A stretch of 62,233 nt of DNA, filler included, from Asterionella formosa (lineage: Eukaryota), in assembly GCA_002256025.1 (NCBI GenBank). It is 8 parts of 8 records of this genome, joined end to end, with 100 filler letters (N's around TTAATTAATTAA, not from the genome) between each part and the next. Parts side by side here need not be neighbours in the genome. Positions count along the whole stretch, not along the records: positions 23,437 to 31,129 come from NKIB01012403.1; positions 31,230 to 38,917 come from NKIB01012404.1; positions 39,018 to 46,695 come from NKIB01012405.1; 5 more parts are not named here. The stretch is one strand, 5' to 3'. Positions 25,431 through 39,037 of this stretch are shown piece after piece. The stretch's first letter is position 1; each line of letters starts with the position of its first letter. Made by a program: the position numbers and the translations under genes. The notes under the pieces were generated by a model that ran no database searches, was not told the DNA's origin, and worked only from the letters and a program-made list of their open reading frames with translations.

Positions 25431-28400
25431 ATGCTGGAAGGAGGACCACCCACGGACATTTGGTCCACTGGGGCATTCTCCTTTGAGAGCCCACTCAAGG
25501 ACTTGATGGACCGCGGGGAATATTCGTTGGAGGAACTTCTTGGCGAAGATGAACTGCTGCAGGAACTCAGGGGCATGCATCCACAGCTTGTCGACTTCTT
25601 CGGAAAAGAACCAGCGGCTCAACGACTGGTGGAGCATATCATTCTGTTAGGTGAGCCTCCTCCTCGTGAGCCACTGCAGGTACAATTAAACGACACACAC
25701 ATGGACACGGGGGAAGAAACACAAGGCAACGCAAAACTATCAGACAAAAAGGTGAACGCAGACGTGCAAACGATACGATACCCCTACATGGCGTGTGAAG
25801 TCATTTGTTGCGAAATTACATCTATTGTTGATGCCTTGGTAGATGGACACTTGGCAGATGGAAAGTCGATGCCGATCGATCTCAATGGAGGGGAACAAGG
25901 TCAGGCACATTTGGATCCCCGTCCGAGACCTATTCTGGATTTACTCTTTAGTGTCCTCTACACCACTCCATCTGGTCAACTTGACGATTACCGCGCAGGA
26001 TACCTCGACAAGGTACTATCTGTCCTTTGCCGAAAAAGACCTCAGGCCATGTCTGTTTACATAAATGAAACTAGTGGAGGCCTCAAGCTGCTAAGGGCTA
26101 TGCTCCAGCACTTGTATTCGCATTCGATACTACAAATAGTTCAGCGTTTGTTGCTCCCTCATCCTGAATCACATCGACCAAGCGCAGAAGCATGGGAGGA
26201 CGATGACATGCCGGAAAATCTATTCAGATGTAATTGGTCGGAGTCACCCGAAGCCATTGAATATTTACTGGAATCCCTACTCAAGAAGCCGTCATCGGAT
26301 GGCGATGAAGAACTCCGTTTGAGTGAAGCACAAAATGCCTCAGAGGTATTAATTACCGTCATTCAGAACTCACCTCTCACTTCGACGACAATGATCACAT
26401 TGATGTCAGAAAGTATACTCGAAAGAATAGCAATTAAATCGTCGCAACTGGAAGAAGGAGAAGAATTTTTACCACACGACAGCACTCTTACGTGTGCAAT
26501 GAATGTCTTGGAATCGCTGGTCTTGCAGCTGGGTGGCTACGGAAGTGTCGGAACCGTAATAGAGGAAGAAAGCGAGCACCCAACGGCGAATGCTGATTCA
26601 TTGGTGAAACATCTTCCAAAAACACTACAGGACTTGGGGAAACTCCTGAAACATCCATCGACTGCCAAGTGGACATCGCCTATGCAATTTTCACAGGACG
26701 AAGATCAAAATATTCTTGGAACATCGCGCCTGCGAATTGTCCGATTGATTGAATCCTTGGTTTTGTTGGGCAATCCCTACGTTGATCAAATTCTGTGTGA
26801 CTCTAAGTGCCTTGAAACTTGCTTAGATTTGTTTTGGGAGTTTGAATGGTGCAGTATGCTGCATCAGTCGGTGGCAAATTTGCTGGTTCATATTTTTGAG
26901 GGAGCTAATGCAAGAGCCGGATTGCAAGAATACTTTTTGGTCAAATGTGACTTATTGTCGCGCCTGGTGGAATCGTTTGAAGATCATGACGTCGAAAGTG
27001 AAGGATACGAAACGATGCTGAAGCGGCAAGTCCGTTCAGAAATGGTTCAGAAAATTCAGAAGGAGGGAGCTGCGAGCGTCGACACTAGTCCAAGCGACGA
27101 TGGAATTAGTGTGGATAGCGATGCTGCGACTCCTGGGGAACAAGCCCCAGAAAAGTTGCCTATATCCGAGGAAGACATTGATGCGGCAATGGAGCAACAG
27201 AAGGAAGCAATACATCCATTTGAAATAGACTGCTTGGCTGGAGAGGTATCCCCGGATGGCGGGAACGAAATCGTTGTGGCGCCATTGAACATCATTCCAA
27301 TGACTGGTCCTTTAAATCCGCCGATATTCGCACCGTCTATTATGTCCATGTCAGGGAGCGTAGATGCTCCATCGCATATTCCTTCCCTTCGAAAGGGGTA
27401 CATGGGTCATGTGATTATCATTTGCCAAGCCTTGGTCCATGCCTGCACAACGTCTAGTGACCAAAACAGGGAGTCCTATGATGCAAGTCCGTCGAGTGAA
27501 AATATGAATGGAGTATCCAGCACTCCAGAAATGGGCGATGGCGACATGTCACCTCCAAATTCTGGAACACCACGCATTGAGGAGGACGAAGAATCATATG
27601 AAGATTCGGAATCGCCTCCTTCGAGTCCTTTGGTGATTGCTCATTTGATTCATAACCACCCACTTAGAGAACGATGGCACGAGTTCGTCACAACAACATT
27701 GGCGGCAGAGACTGCAATTCAGTCCACCCCTTTGGGTGGCTTCAATGCTAATGCAGTGAATGTCGATCCCCTGCATTCACATCGTCCTGGGCAACATGGT
27801 GTGAATGACTACATTGATGACGATGATGATGACGACGACAACCATGTTCCAGGAAGGGGACTCACGTCGGGTGGTGATGTGATTGATATGGATGACAACG
27901 ATATTGAAATTGCAGCAAGCATGATGGAGGCACTCAATATGCCCTCTCGACACTCTGCAGGTTCCGACGGGGATGATGAAGGCGCAGAAAAACCTGTGGT
28001 CAAGCGTGATTTTCAAAATGCTAACAAATACATGTTTGATGATCCTCTTGGAGGGAACCAACAATTTGGACAATTTGATGAAGACGAAGATAGCAGTGAC
28101 GAAGAAGGTGACCGTGCATCTGGTCTTGGACTGCGGAGGAGCTCCTCTAGTGGTGCGGATCCTCCAGTGATGGATTTGTTTGCTGGCAACTTTACTGGCG
28201 AAAATGGTGTGTTCGATCAACCTTTGGCTGGCCAATCAGGATTTGATTTTGCCAACTTTGATGATGCATTTGCCACTGCGGTTCCTGCGCCAGCGAGCCC
28301 GTTTTCACCCGTAGACGTGTTTGCCTCCTTCCCAACTCCGGAGGAGACTGTGACAATGTTCTCGGACTCTGCTGCGGTAGGTGAAGATATCTTCGGCAGC

Positions 28401-28706
28401 CCTGAGCAATCCAAAGTTATGATAGACGACATATTTGGTACTGCACCTCATTCTTTGCTTCTCGATGACCCGTTTGAAGGAAAGACAAAAGCGCGGACGC
28501 AAGAAGACTGTGAAGATCCTGGGGCGACTCAACCAGGTCTTCATGCAATATCCTCGGAACTTTCAGCTCAAGAGATAGATTCGGAAGATGTGGCGCCACT
28601 CGAAAGCGAGGATGACGAGCCGAAATTGCCAGAAGACGACTCGTCAAGTGAAGAAGAGGGGGCAAACGTTACAGAAGCAAGGATGGAGGACACTTCCATT
28701 AGTTAA
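25431..28706 (+). CDS. SIT4 phosphatase-associated (SAPS) / PP6 regulatory subunit
   Basis: SPLKDLMD...LEELLGEDELLQEL, RYPYMACEVICCE, LGTSRLRIVRLI, LDLFWEFEWCSMLHQSV, RKGYMGHVIII; long acidic C-terminus. Confidence 0.9.
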   Translation: MLEGGPPTDIWSTGAFSFESPLKDLMDRGEYSLEELLGEDELLQELRGMHPQLVDFFGKEPAAQRLVEHIILLGEPPPREPLQVQLNDTHMDTGEETQGNAKLSDKKVNADVQTIRYPYMACEVICCEITSIVDALVDGHLADGKSMPIDLNGGEQGQAHLDPRPRPILDLLFSVLYTTPSGQLDDYRAGYLDKVLSVLCRKRPQAMSVYINETSGGLKLLRAMLQHLYSHSILQIVQRLLLPHPESHRPSAEAWEDDDMPENLFRCNWSESPEAIEYLLESLLKKPSSDGDEELRLSEAQNASEVLITVIQNSPLTSTTMITLMSESILERIAIKSSQLEEGEEFLPHDSTLTCAMNVLESLVLQLGGYGSVGTVIEEESEHPTANADSLVKHLPKTLQDLGKLLKHPSTAKWTSPMQFSQDEDQNILGTSRLRIVRLIESLVLLGNPYVDQILCDSKCLETCLDLFWEFEWCSMLHQSVANLLVHIFEGANARAGLQEYFLVKCDLLSRLVESFEDHDVESEGYETMLKRQVRSEMVQKIQKEGAASVDTSPSDDGISVDSDAATPGEQAPEKLPISEEDIDAAMEQQKEAIHPFEIDCLAGEVSPDGGNEIVVAPLNIIPMTGPLNPPIFAPSIMSMSGSVDAPSHIPSLRKGYMGHVIIICQALVHACTTSSDQNRESYDASPSSENMNGVSSTPEMGDGDMSPPNSGTPRIEEDEESYEDSESPPSSPLVIAHLIHNHPLRERWHEFVTTTLAAETAIQSTPLGGFNANAVNVDPLHSHRPGQHGVNDYIDDDDDDDDNHVPGRGLTSGGDVIDMDDNDIEIAASMMEALNMPSRHSAGSDGDDEGAEKPVVKRDFQNANKYMFDDPLGGNQQFGQFDEDEDSSDEEGDRASGLGLRRSSSSGADPPVMDLFAGNFTGENGVFDQPLAGQSGFDFANFDDAFATAVPAPASPFSPVDVFASFPTPEETVTMFSDSAAVGEDIFGSPEQSKVMIDDIFGTAPHSLLLDDPFEGKTKARTQEDCEDPGATQPGLHAISSELSAQEIDSEDVAPLESEDDEPKLPEDDSSSEEEGANVTEARMEDTSIS

Positions 28707-29033
28707 CACCCTTCCTCTCTATTTCCATGTTGAAATATGAATTGCTGCAAACGCCTTGTGATAGTACATGCTGATTTGGGGGTTCATGGTGTGGATATAA
28801 AACAAGATGTTATTGACGCTATGCATAAACACTTGCAGCGATTTATTTATACATGATACGAAAATTTGTGACTGATCCAAATGGATAAGAATAAAAAAGG
28901 GGAGATAAGCTTTAATAATTAAAAACTCATCTCAGACTTATTATAATGTATTGCCTGTCTCCATCGTCTTCCCATTAAATTATAGCGCTTTCCATCTGCT
29001 GCCGCCTGCTCACTGCAAACAAAGCTATCACAA

Positions 29034-30718
29034 TCATGAATCGTCTTCCTCGTCGTACAAATTCTCTACCTCTGGGTAGACTGTTTCAAACGTTGCATCC
29101 TGTAAACTCACTCGATGATACACTTCAGATCCCAAGATCAACAAGAGAGCACATACCAAATTCATATTATCCACCACGGGGCCATAGTCGAAATCTGGAT
29201 CCGACAAGTCATAGATATACATGACAATGACGGCCAAAATAATGCCGGCACTAATCCCTCGATATAGCACCTTGGTAGCGCCTGCATGAACTATCTTGTC
29301 GACAGCCACTCCGACCATCATAATGCTTGCAACATGCAGCAGAACTAGAGCCAATGAATATTCGCACGTGGCATCTGTGTAATAGGCATATTTTTCCACA
29401 TCATGGTCAATCGTTCCCATGTAACATTCCAGGCCGTGCTTGAAATTTTCGCTTATGCCCGATGATGGATAAAGTGATGCCCAGTTGCTGTGGGAACCAA
29501 GCCCTTGTAGGGAGTAGACCAAGGGAGATATGATCATGACGAATGTAAATTGAAAGACACTCAATATCAAATTCAAGGCATTGGGATCCACTGGCTGTTT
29601 GTGTTGGAGAAAGACGTGTTCCTTGTATAGCTGCGATATAGCGGCAGGGATTGAGCTAGCAGAAAACAAAATTGTGTTATACGCAGTTCTCAACGGAATG
29701 ATTTTATCATCTTCCGAAAAGAAATCCGGCATGATCATTGAAGCAAAGGCAGGGCATAATCCGAGCAAAACTGCCAAGAATATAATGACGGATCCGAAAA
29801 TGTGTGGTCTCGACAAGCCACCGCAACCTCGTATGGGCCTTGCTTCGCCTTGTAATAACCCGTCGTATTCAACGGTTTGACTCGTGGGGCAACAAGCTAC
29901 ACGGAAAAGACCGCCAGGATGAACAAATTGAGTAAAAAATGCGGTCAAAGGAAGCATGAGTTGAACGCAAAGGACTGTCAGTACAGGTGGAACTCGGTAA
30001 CCTGTAATAAATGCGAGCAATAAGTGAATTGTGTCAAGGAGTGCCATTACTAGATTGAATGAAGAATGGATTAGTATCAAAACGCGTCAAAAAAATTTGA
30101 AAGAAAGGTCGGTGACTTACACCCAACATCCACCAGAGGAATACCCAGGGGTTGTTTTATCGACAATTTCCTTCGATACAACGCACTCATCATCATGCCC
30201 AGCCCCAACAAAAGCGCATGAGATAAAGTGAGCACTTCGACGCTAAACAAACGAAATGGCCCTGCTCGATCCACCAATATCTTAAATGAAGATCGTTCCA
30301 CGGCATATGCTAACGCCAATAAAAAGAACCAGAACAAGACCACAAGTGTGTTCCTCGTACTTGGAGCATGGTGAGTAGTATGTTGATCTGAATTATGAAT
30401 AGGAGAATCCCATAAGTTGTCGACATTCGCAATGGTCCAAATGAAATCAGATGTCTTTTGATAGGCTGTAACCACAAACGATCGTGGTGGTGCATCCTCA
30501 ATACTGTGGCTGCCATCACCTCCTGTCATCAAACTGGTGTCATCGTACAAACTATCATAGTGCTCATCATCGTCTCCATCATCATTATCGTCATCTTCCT
30601 GTGTTGCTCCGTAGTCATGAATTTGATGCTGTGTATGCGTTTCCGTTATAGAGGATGTTTCAGCGCTAGAAGGCAAGACGCCCTGTTCGGCTGCGGCGTC
30701 GAGAGCTCGTTGCAGCAT
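29034..30718 (-). CDS. CRT-like (chloroquine-resistance-transporter family, DMT superfamily) membrane transporter; exons 30718-30121, 30049-29034
   Basis: Intron gtaagt...ctag at 30120-30050 joins ...VDVG-L-MALLDT in frame. About 10 hydrophobic segments; AISQLYKEHVF; Cys pair in the GLECY...DATC loop. Confidence 0.75.
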
Positions 30719-31229
30719 TCTTCTTTAACGACGAATCAAGAAGCCGAGACTAGCTGGGGAGATTTCTGATGGCGATACTTCCGTGTTTAGGCTGGATTGA
30801 ATGAAGGAATATATATATATCTCTCTCTCTCTCTTTCTTGGGCTGCTATCGGTAGCCAAATTGGATCAAGAGTATATGTGGGATTATTAATGAAGTGGTG
30901 GATTTTTGTATCGCCATCAATCGAGAAAAGACAAATAATTTAACGAAAACATGTCTCGAAGCAAGGCCAAAAAAAACCCTATTCCAATACCGCCAGTGGT
31001 ACTCCCAGTACCTAGGGAGTTGCTGTACAAGACGGTTTTTACTATAAGAAAACAGAGCTAAATTGCTAATTTACAGCAACTTGCTCTGGAAAACCATCAT
31101 CGCTACGGTAATCAAATAGTACAGGGTACNNNNNNNNNNNNNNNNNNNNNNNNNNNNNNNNNNNNNNNNNNNNTTAATTAATTAANNNNNNNNNNNNNNN
31201 NNNNNNNNNNNNNNNNNNNNNNNNNNNNN

Positions 31230-32248
31230 TCCATAGATTTGGCGTTGTTGACACCACCGAGATGACCAGCGGCCATGGCCATGACATCTTGCATAAAGTC
31301 ATCATTCAGAGCCATAGGAGCGTATTTGTCGCCCACATCCGCAACAGTCATATCGTCGTTATCGAATGGATTCGTCGACTTGTGTTTTTTTTTGCCAGCT
31401 TTGGTACCTTTCTGAAATTTACCCCCAGTATGTTTATGCATTTTAAGACCAACTTCTTCTGACTTTACCCCCATCTTTTCCAATCTATCTAGTAACTTTT
31501 GTTTCTGAGACTTTTTCGTGGACTTAGACTTGGTCTCTTCGGTCAAACTCGCCAAGTCTCGCTGCTTGCTGGCGCTGCGAACTCTTTTCGTTTCCTCCAA
31601 CTTCTCTAAGAGCTTAACAGCCCGTTTCTTGGACTCTTCCTTGAGGAACTTGGATGCCCGTTCTTTCGTTAGCTCCTCTATGCTTGGAACTGCATGCTCA
31701 CGCGATTTTTGAACTTCCTCACGTTGAACACTTATAGAAAACGGTGATTTCACCGTAATGTTGTTGTCTAACGGCATTGTTTTCTGCTCTGCGGGTCCTT
31801 GTGAACTAGTGTCAATAGAAGTGATGGGCATGTTGTTCGTTGACTTCATTTTGCTATCATTCATCTTCTTTTTGGCGGCCCCGAAGGCTTTGCTGACACT
31901 AAAACTAGATGATGCACTTGATGCCATCGACAAAGTGATCATGCCAGATGGAGCGCTGCCCGATGAGGCTGTATAATCTTCAGGTGATTTGCCTAGGAGA
32001 CTGGCGGTTTTCCTTCGCAAGAGATCGTTGACTTCGTTGTCAGTTTCAATGCTAGTCCCTAACGACCCACCAACCTCACTGAATTGCCAATTCGAGTCGT
32101 CTTGCGAACTGCTGTTGTCTGCCCTGGATAATGCTGTCAATGACACCGCTCGGGTAGGAGTAATATTTCTCGATGGAGCATCCTTGTTGTAGGCGTTGAG
32201 GCGCTGCGTACCCAGCTTGGTCGCCTTTGCTGTTTTTAACAAGCTCAT
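31230..32248 (-). CDS. Hypothetical Ser/Lys-rich low-complexity protein, 3'-truncated by the linker
   Basis: Open frame of about 340 codons from MSLLKT; contains an NPF motif (STNPFD); no family recognised. Confidence 0.6.
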
Positions 32249-33254
32249 GTTCGAAACCTGGTTTGGTAAATGCGGCAGACCTTTCCGCTTTGCACCGCCG
32301 TTAACACAGATTGGTTTGGAAATTTGCGTGTACTGCACACTTTATTTTTGTTGGAGAATTCGATGTATTGCAGGGATTTCGGCGAATACATTGATATCCA
32401 ACATATTAGGACATGTATATATATGTGTTAGTCGCCAAAGACATTATCGTAAGTATATAATTTATTGAAGGATAATAACTCATCCGCGATAGCGGCGACA
32501 GCCCTACAATTGTATACAGATACTGTCACTGACAGTCAATGCTAGATATTTTGGTGCATGCATATGGGATCCAACGCAAAGCACTACCAGGTACCAGTTT
32601 CCGGTAGACAGATATAGGACTCGATACCTGCATTTAACAGAAATACTCACAGAAAAAAATCAATACTATCACTGTCGCACTTCATATTAATTTCAGTGTG
32701 CATAAAAATCCGTTAGGAGACGACGAGAGGGAATATATGCATCCTCGCTAAATTGTTAGTTTGGATTTAGGCCCACCTTGCTGTCGCTCAAGCGCCATTA
32801 GTCCGCAGTTGGCTGCCTTGAATATATATATACCCGGTATGCAGGCAAAAATGATGAGGTGGTCTAGCATCAATTTCAGGATCAAAGGAGAGAGAGGGTC
32901 ATCCCCCAATCCAATTGGCATGAGATGGATTTAGCAAAGGGGGTGCTTCCAGCCAAAGGGGGCTTGTTGACTGAATGCAGAACAAGAAAAGAGGATCAGT
33001 TGCATATGTTTTGTTGGAAATGACTTGGGATTGACCATTAAAGACTATCACCATCATTCTGACTGTGGAGGCAGCTGTAATGACCAAGAGCTAGCATGAT
33101 AATCTTGATTCTTAAGGACCATCTACCTTACTGGTATTGTTATGTGTATCAAATAGCTATTGTATTATTTGTTTTGCTTCTGCATTTCTCATCTATCCGT
33201 TTAGTCACAAGGGGCCTGTAGACTTTTTCACCATTCTCCACCAAAACTGGTTCA

Positions 33255-34933
33255 CTACTCTTCATATTTGTCAAAGACCAAAGCACAGTTGGTTCCTCCA
33301 AATCCAAAGCTGTTAGACATGGCACGTTTAAATGGTCCATCCTTTCTTTCTGTCAGGATGTGCATGCCTTCTGCTTCGTCTACAAGTTCATGAATATTCG
33401 CAGATTCTGCCATGAAATCATTGTTCATCATGAGAATTGTGTAGATGGCTTCATGGACTCCAGCAGCTCCAAGGGCATGTCCTGACAAGGACTTGGTAGA
33501 TCCCACATATGGTTGGTACCCCTCTTCAGTAAATAAGTTCTTGATGGCACCAAGTTCTGCCAAGTCACCAACAGGCGTTGATGTTCCATGTGTGTTGATG
33601 TAATCAACATGCTTTGGTCCCCCAATACGGTTCGCTTCCTCCATGGCTATTTTCATGCACCGTTGTCCACCAACCCCCGACGGAGCGACCATATCGTATC
33701 CATCTGAGTTGGCACCATATCCAACCAATTCTGCATAGATCTTGGCACCACGAGCCTTGGCATGCTCCAATTCTTCAAGGACAATAATTCCTCCACCCCC
33801 GGCAATCACAAATCCATCGCGTGTCTTGTCGAATGGACGGGAGGCAGTCTTTGGTGTTTCATTGTATTCCGTTGACAAGGCACCCATGCAGTCAAACATA
33901 GAAGTGAATTCCCAGCTCACGTTTTCTCCTGTCATGCAAGTGTTTCGAGAGATGGTGGGAGTGAAGGAATAATATTAGCATACAATTATTGGCCAAAAAT
34001 TGATTGAGTCCCCCAGAGCCCAATTATTAGACACGTACCTGCCCCACAAAAAGCAATATCCGACTTTCCAAGTTGAATCTGTTCAAATCCAGTTCCAATA
34101 CAGTGCGCGCCCGTACTGCAAGCACTTGAAATCGAAAAGGATGGTCCTTGAAGCTTAAAGGCGGTGGCCAAAACGGCGCTGCAGGTCGATCCCATGGATC
34201 GCGTGACCCTAAATGGGCCGACCTTGTTCTTCCATCGTGAGCCTCCTGCCTGGACTGCTTCGACTGTTTCAACGATATCAGGAATGGAGGTTCCTCCCTG
34301 TCCAATAATCCCAGCCACACGTGAATTGGATTGATATTCTTCGGGGGTAAGTCCCGAGTCTGCCACAGCTCGGTCCATGGCAACGTAGGCATACTTTGCA
34401 TTGTTGCCACAGAATCTAAGACTGGCCTTTGGGATAAGTTCCTTGAAATCATCTTCTGTCAAGGAAGGAATGCCGCGAACTTGGGATTTGATCCCGAGTT
34501 CTTTGCATTCTTCCGAAAAGGTAATCCCAGGGTCACATTTATAAAGGGATTCCTTGACGTCGTCCAAGGTGTTGCCGAGACAAGATACAATGCCCATGCC
34601 AGTAACGACAACGCGTTTGAGTCCTGAAATTTCCATGGCGAGAGTCGTCTTTTGGCGACGAGGTGTCGTGGTCGCGGCTATCCATGATGGGAACAGTGTT
34701 GTGTTAGCCAAAACGTGAACATTCATATAAAATAAAATAAATGTAACCATGGTGCCGACACATAAAAGATCGATACACGCACCATTCCCACTACTGCGTG
34801 TCGCCAGGCCAAAGGCCTTGTGTGGCCCAACAAAGGCACCCGATGGCGAGGAGGAGAACGCTCCAACCAGTGTCGTTGATGTTGATGTTGTCGCGGCCAC
34901 GAAGATAACGAAAGATGCGGTGTGAAACTTCAT
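33255..34933 (-). CDS. fabB: Plastid beta-ketoacyl-ACP synthase I (FabB-type); exons 34933-34783, 34677-34039, 33928-33255
   Basis: [26 protein letters not shown] (catalytic Cys), [45 protein letters not shown]. Signal peptide followed by GA-F transit motif; two GT-AG introns that preserve frame. Confidence 0.93.
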
Positions 34934-35972
34934 GGTCTGCTTTGGTTGTTGTAAGTTATGCTTTGATTGAATTCACTTGACTAGTTGCGACGACGATGGG
35001 TTGATGACAATGATGACGAGATAATTGTTTAGAGACAGTCAAATATATCACAAGGGCAACCGCAATGATGTCGATTACAAAAGGGAGGGGAGTGTGTTCG
35101 ATAGATGTCGCCGTCACCAAACAGCAACGACGACGAAGAATCGGCCGTACAGGCCAATTGCATACCGGTACTATACAGCGGTACCAGATACCCCCTCTCA
35201 GATACAACTACCAGTACAGGTACCAGTACCAGGTACGCCACACTGCGGATGCGCGTGCGTGTTTACAGCGGTGTGATATCTTGTCTTACTGTGCCAGTAC
35301 CGGTACATACCCGATATGAACACTACAAGAACGATGCAGCCGATGATTGCGATCTTTCTCGGTAGGATCGTCATCGAACGTACAGTACTAACTACCTTCG
35401 CTCAAGAAAGTTACGTAGAATCTACGATATTTCCACGACACCGGACATCACTGACGTACTAGGATACCCCAATGTTGGCTGGCTGACATTGATACCGTTG
35501 ATGCATGGTTGGAGGTATTGTGACCGTACGGTTAGTTGGCGTGATGTTGTCGCTTCCCAAAATGGTCGACGACGGCGTCGACGACGAAATCTCTATATAC
35601 CGGTATGCGGTATGTACTATGCACTACTCTGCAATTGATTACAGTAGGTCTACCCGTACCAGGTACCAGATACTGTTACTCCCATCATGAGGTACTCCAG
35701 GTACCAGCTACCATACCAGGATACAGTTCAGCATCAATCGATGCTTGCACCCTTCAGCAATAGCTAACTGTTTTTTTATAAACAATAACTAAAACAGACA
35801 CACTATACACCTTTTATTCCGCCCTGCCGAGCTATTACATATTTTGTTGTAGTGCGAGTTGAGTGCCATTCAAAGCAAAGAATCCAATATAATTTCATTT
35901 CATTGAACTATAGCTGCTACAAACCGTTTCTATTACCGGCAGTCATTACAACAACAACAACAACAAAACATT

Positions 35973-37400
35973 ATGAAGTTTTCTCTCGCCACCATCACGT
36001 CAAGTCTGCTCCTTGGTACTGCCCACGCAGCCTTTGGGACCAACACTCCCACATTCCAGCGCCGACGCCTCTCCTCGTGTTTGTCCGCCACGGCTGGATC
36101 GCTTGGCTGTCGTCCCATAGGAATTGGGTCGGCAACTCCTTCAACGATCATTTCCAACACTGATCTGGAAAGCATTGTCGAAACATCCGATGAATGGATT
36201 AAAACTAGAACAGGCATCGGGTCTCGACATGTACTGGTGGACAAGGAATCCATCAAGGATCTAGGCATACAAGCAGCGCAGCAAGCACTGACCATGTCTG
36301 GGATTGACCCCCTAGACGTTGATTTACTCCTTTGTGCCACGTCCTCTCCTGACGATCTATTTGGCGACGCCACATCGATTGCCGCCAGTATCGGATGTAC
36401 CAACGCCATGGCATTTGACCTCACGGCAGCCTGTTCGGGATTCCTCTTTGGAATTGTCACGGCTGGACAATTTCTACACAATGGCAGAATGAAATATGCT
36501 GTAGTCGTTGGTGCCGATGCTCTTTCAAGATGGGTGGATTGGGATGATCGGAATTCTTGTATCTTGTTTGGAGATGGAGCAGGTGCCATGGTCTTGTCAG
36601 CAGATGCTGAAACTCATGGTCTGTTGGGATATTCAGCTCATTCCAATGGACTGGGCTATGAAAAATTGAAACTTGGGTAAGGCCTTACCTTTGTTGACAC
36701 GTTTATACATTATTGTTGTTTGCTTGTAGTACAGCACATGAAGAAGCGTTTTTATGTAACATTATCATACTCACAAATAACCCCTTTTTTCTTTTTTCCT
36801 CATCAACATTCATTGTGCGATTTATTTATTTTCGTTCCAAAGCTACTGTGGTAGCCCTCGTCTAGTTGCAACACCAGGCGAAGGAACAATCTTGTCGTCT
36901 GGAGAATATTCAAAAATTACCATGGATGGTAAAGAAGTTTACAAATTTGCAACAAGAGAAGTTCCCAGAGTACTGACAGAAGCTATGGAGGCTGCAGAGG
37001 GCATCAACTCTGTGGATGACATTGATTGGCTGTTGCTTCATCAAGTAAGTACAAGAAAATTTGTTTCAATGTTTTAGTTTGTTGCATTGTTGACCATAAA
37101 TTGCACAACATGTCATTTGATGACCTATTACTTACCAAATTTGATTCATGCAACTCTCGATAAATACAAACAAAACAGGCCAACATTCGCATTATGGAAA
37201 CTGTTGCTGAACGATTGGGAATTCCCATGGAAAAGGTCATTACAAATTTGAGTGACTATGGTAATACAAGTGCTGCATCCATTCCTCTGGCACTTGACGA
37301 AGCCGTTCGATCTGGCAAGGTCAAGAAGGGTGATGTCATTGCATGCGCAGGATTTGGTGCTGGTCTGTCGTGGGGTGCAGCCATTTTGCGGTGGGGATAA
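35973..37400 (+). CDS. fabH: Plastid beta-ketoacyl-ACP synthase III; exons 35973-36676, 36843-37044, 37179-37400
   Basis: [37 protein letters not shown] across an intron, [22 protein letters not shown]. Signal peptide followed by AA-F leader. Confidence 0.95.
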
Positions 37401-38049
37401 AAAAGGGCGTTTTTGTTTCATTCAAAAATCATGATACACATGGGTGCTATTTTTATGTAATTGTAGTACCATCAGGAACCAAAGGTGGCCAAAGTCAATG
37501 AAACTAGACTGATCCTTCTAACCACTATTATAGTCAATACTAACGAAAGCAAGCCCCTAATAATAATGCTGCCTTTTAATACTGTCATGTTGTAGGTATT
37601 ATTGATAGAGCATTGTACTAATCTTGTGTTTTATACTGATGCCAAACGAGTGTTGCAAGACTCGTTGGCATTACTTCACATCATAGTGCTTTTGGCTTGA
37701 AAATGCAGTCAAGTTGTGACAAGTGTGTCAATGTCATGAAGGCTGTCTTTTGAACGAATGTGAGAGTGTTGGCATATACTGGATCATCTATTATACCAGC
37801 ACGCACCTAAAAAAACCTGACATTTTTGATACTTCTTAGTACCTAGGAGTAGAAAATAGATTTAGCAGTTTCATGTTTATGTTGTATGCATTAGCATATA
37901 CAACTTAAATATACTGTTATATCTTGAATACATAGAATTATATTTTGTAAATAGACTTGAACGCTGAACAACTTATTATTATGCATCAGGAATAGCGATC
38001 CAAGCTTATAGCTATTTATAAAGCGTTGCAGTTTGGAGATCTTTACATC

Positions 38050-38917
38050 ATGATTGAACATCATTACTAAAGTCCTCGGAAATGCTGCTGGACAAATGCA
38101 ATTAGACAATGATCAGCGACTTGAAGAATTTCGTTGAATCATGGAGGAGCATCCTCACTTGATCACGGTCAGGAATCACTTGGTATGGAGGTCTCCCTTT
38201 GTTGAGTCATGCATGTGCTAGAAATGCATCATTAGAGGTGATTCAGTTTTTGGTGGCGCAATATGTCATGATCCTGAAGCCATCAAGAAAAATGGATGGC
38301 AGTGAAAGTCTCCTTTTGCATATAGCATGTTATAAAGACACAAACCATTTGATTTTATTCAGTTCTTGGTGGAGCAATATCCTGAATCTACATATGAATT
38401 TATTCTGTTCTTGCTGAAGCAATGTTCAGATCCCATGATCACACGCAAGGATCACAATCACGTTATTCAGTTTTTTCTGGTTCGATTCCTGCATTCTCCA
38501 CTTTTATGTAGTCCCCCTTCTCAGGGGTGAGGCTGACAATGAGACATGTCCCTTTGTACCATATGGATGAATAAAACCTGTACTAATTGTTTCCATTCAA
38601 TTGGGCACAAGTGCGATTATTGGATAGCTCAACGTAGTACTACAAAATTCAATTTTTTGTGCTGGAGCTATCATGTCCTGATCTCATCAAGCTCAAGGAT
38701 CAACAATGATACACCACTGGAGGTGATTCAGTTCTTGGCAGAGCAATTTCCTGAATTCATCAAGCAAGGTCAGGGACCACAATAATAATATCTTCCGTTG
38801 CACCATGCATATAAGTACCAAGTACCTCAGTAGTTGGTTCAGTTCATGGTGGAGCTAAATCCTGATGTGGTGACATTCACAGACTGCTTTGGAAATTTAC
38901 CTTTGGTTGATGCAGCA
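38050..38917 (+). pseudogene. Decayed ankyrin-repeat-like gene
   Basis: Fragments LLSHACARNASLEVIQFLV, LLLHIACY, PLEVIQFLAEQFPE, LPLHHA and GNLPL, broken by stops and frameshifts. Confidence 0.6.
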
Positions 38918-39037
38918 NNNNNNNNNNNNNNNNNNNNNNNNNNNNNNNNNNNNNNNNNNNNTTAATTAATTAANNNNNNNNNNNNNNNNNNNNNNNNNNN
39001 NNNNNNNNNNNNNNNNNGTGAAATCACTAAAATTTAG

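Noticed and set aside
27777..28235. Antisense or overlapping ORFs within SAPS, BiP (48722-49384), fabH (35933-36589) and other genes
   Set aside because: Shadow frames of real CDSs with no recognisable motifs; antisense ORFs opposite Hsp70 genes are a known codon-bias effect.
38479..38500. GGTTCGATTCCtgcattctCCA, resembling a tRNA T-arm and 3' end
   Set aside because: No matching 5' acceptor strand, D-arm or anticodon arm upstream, and it lies inside an ankyrin pseudogene. At most a fragment.
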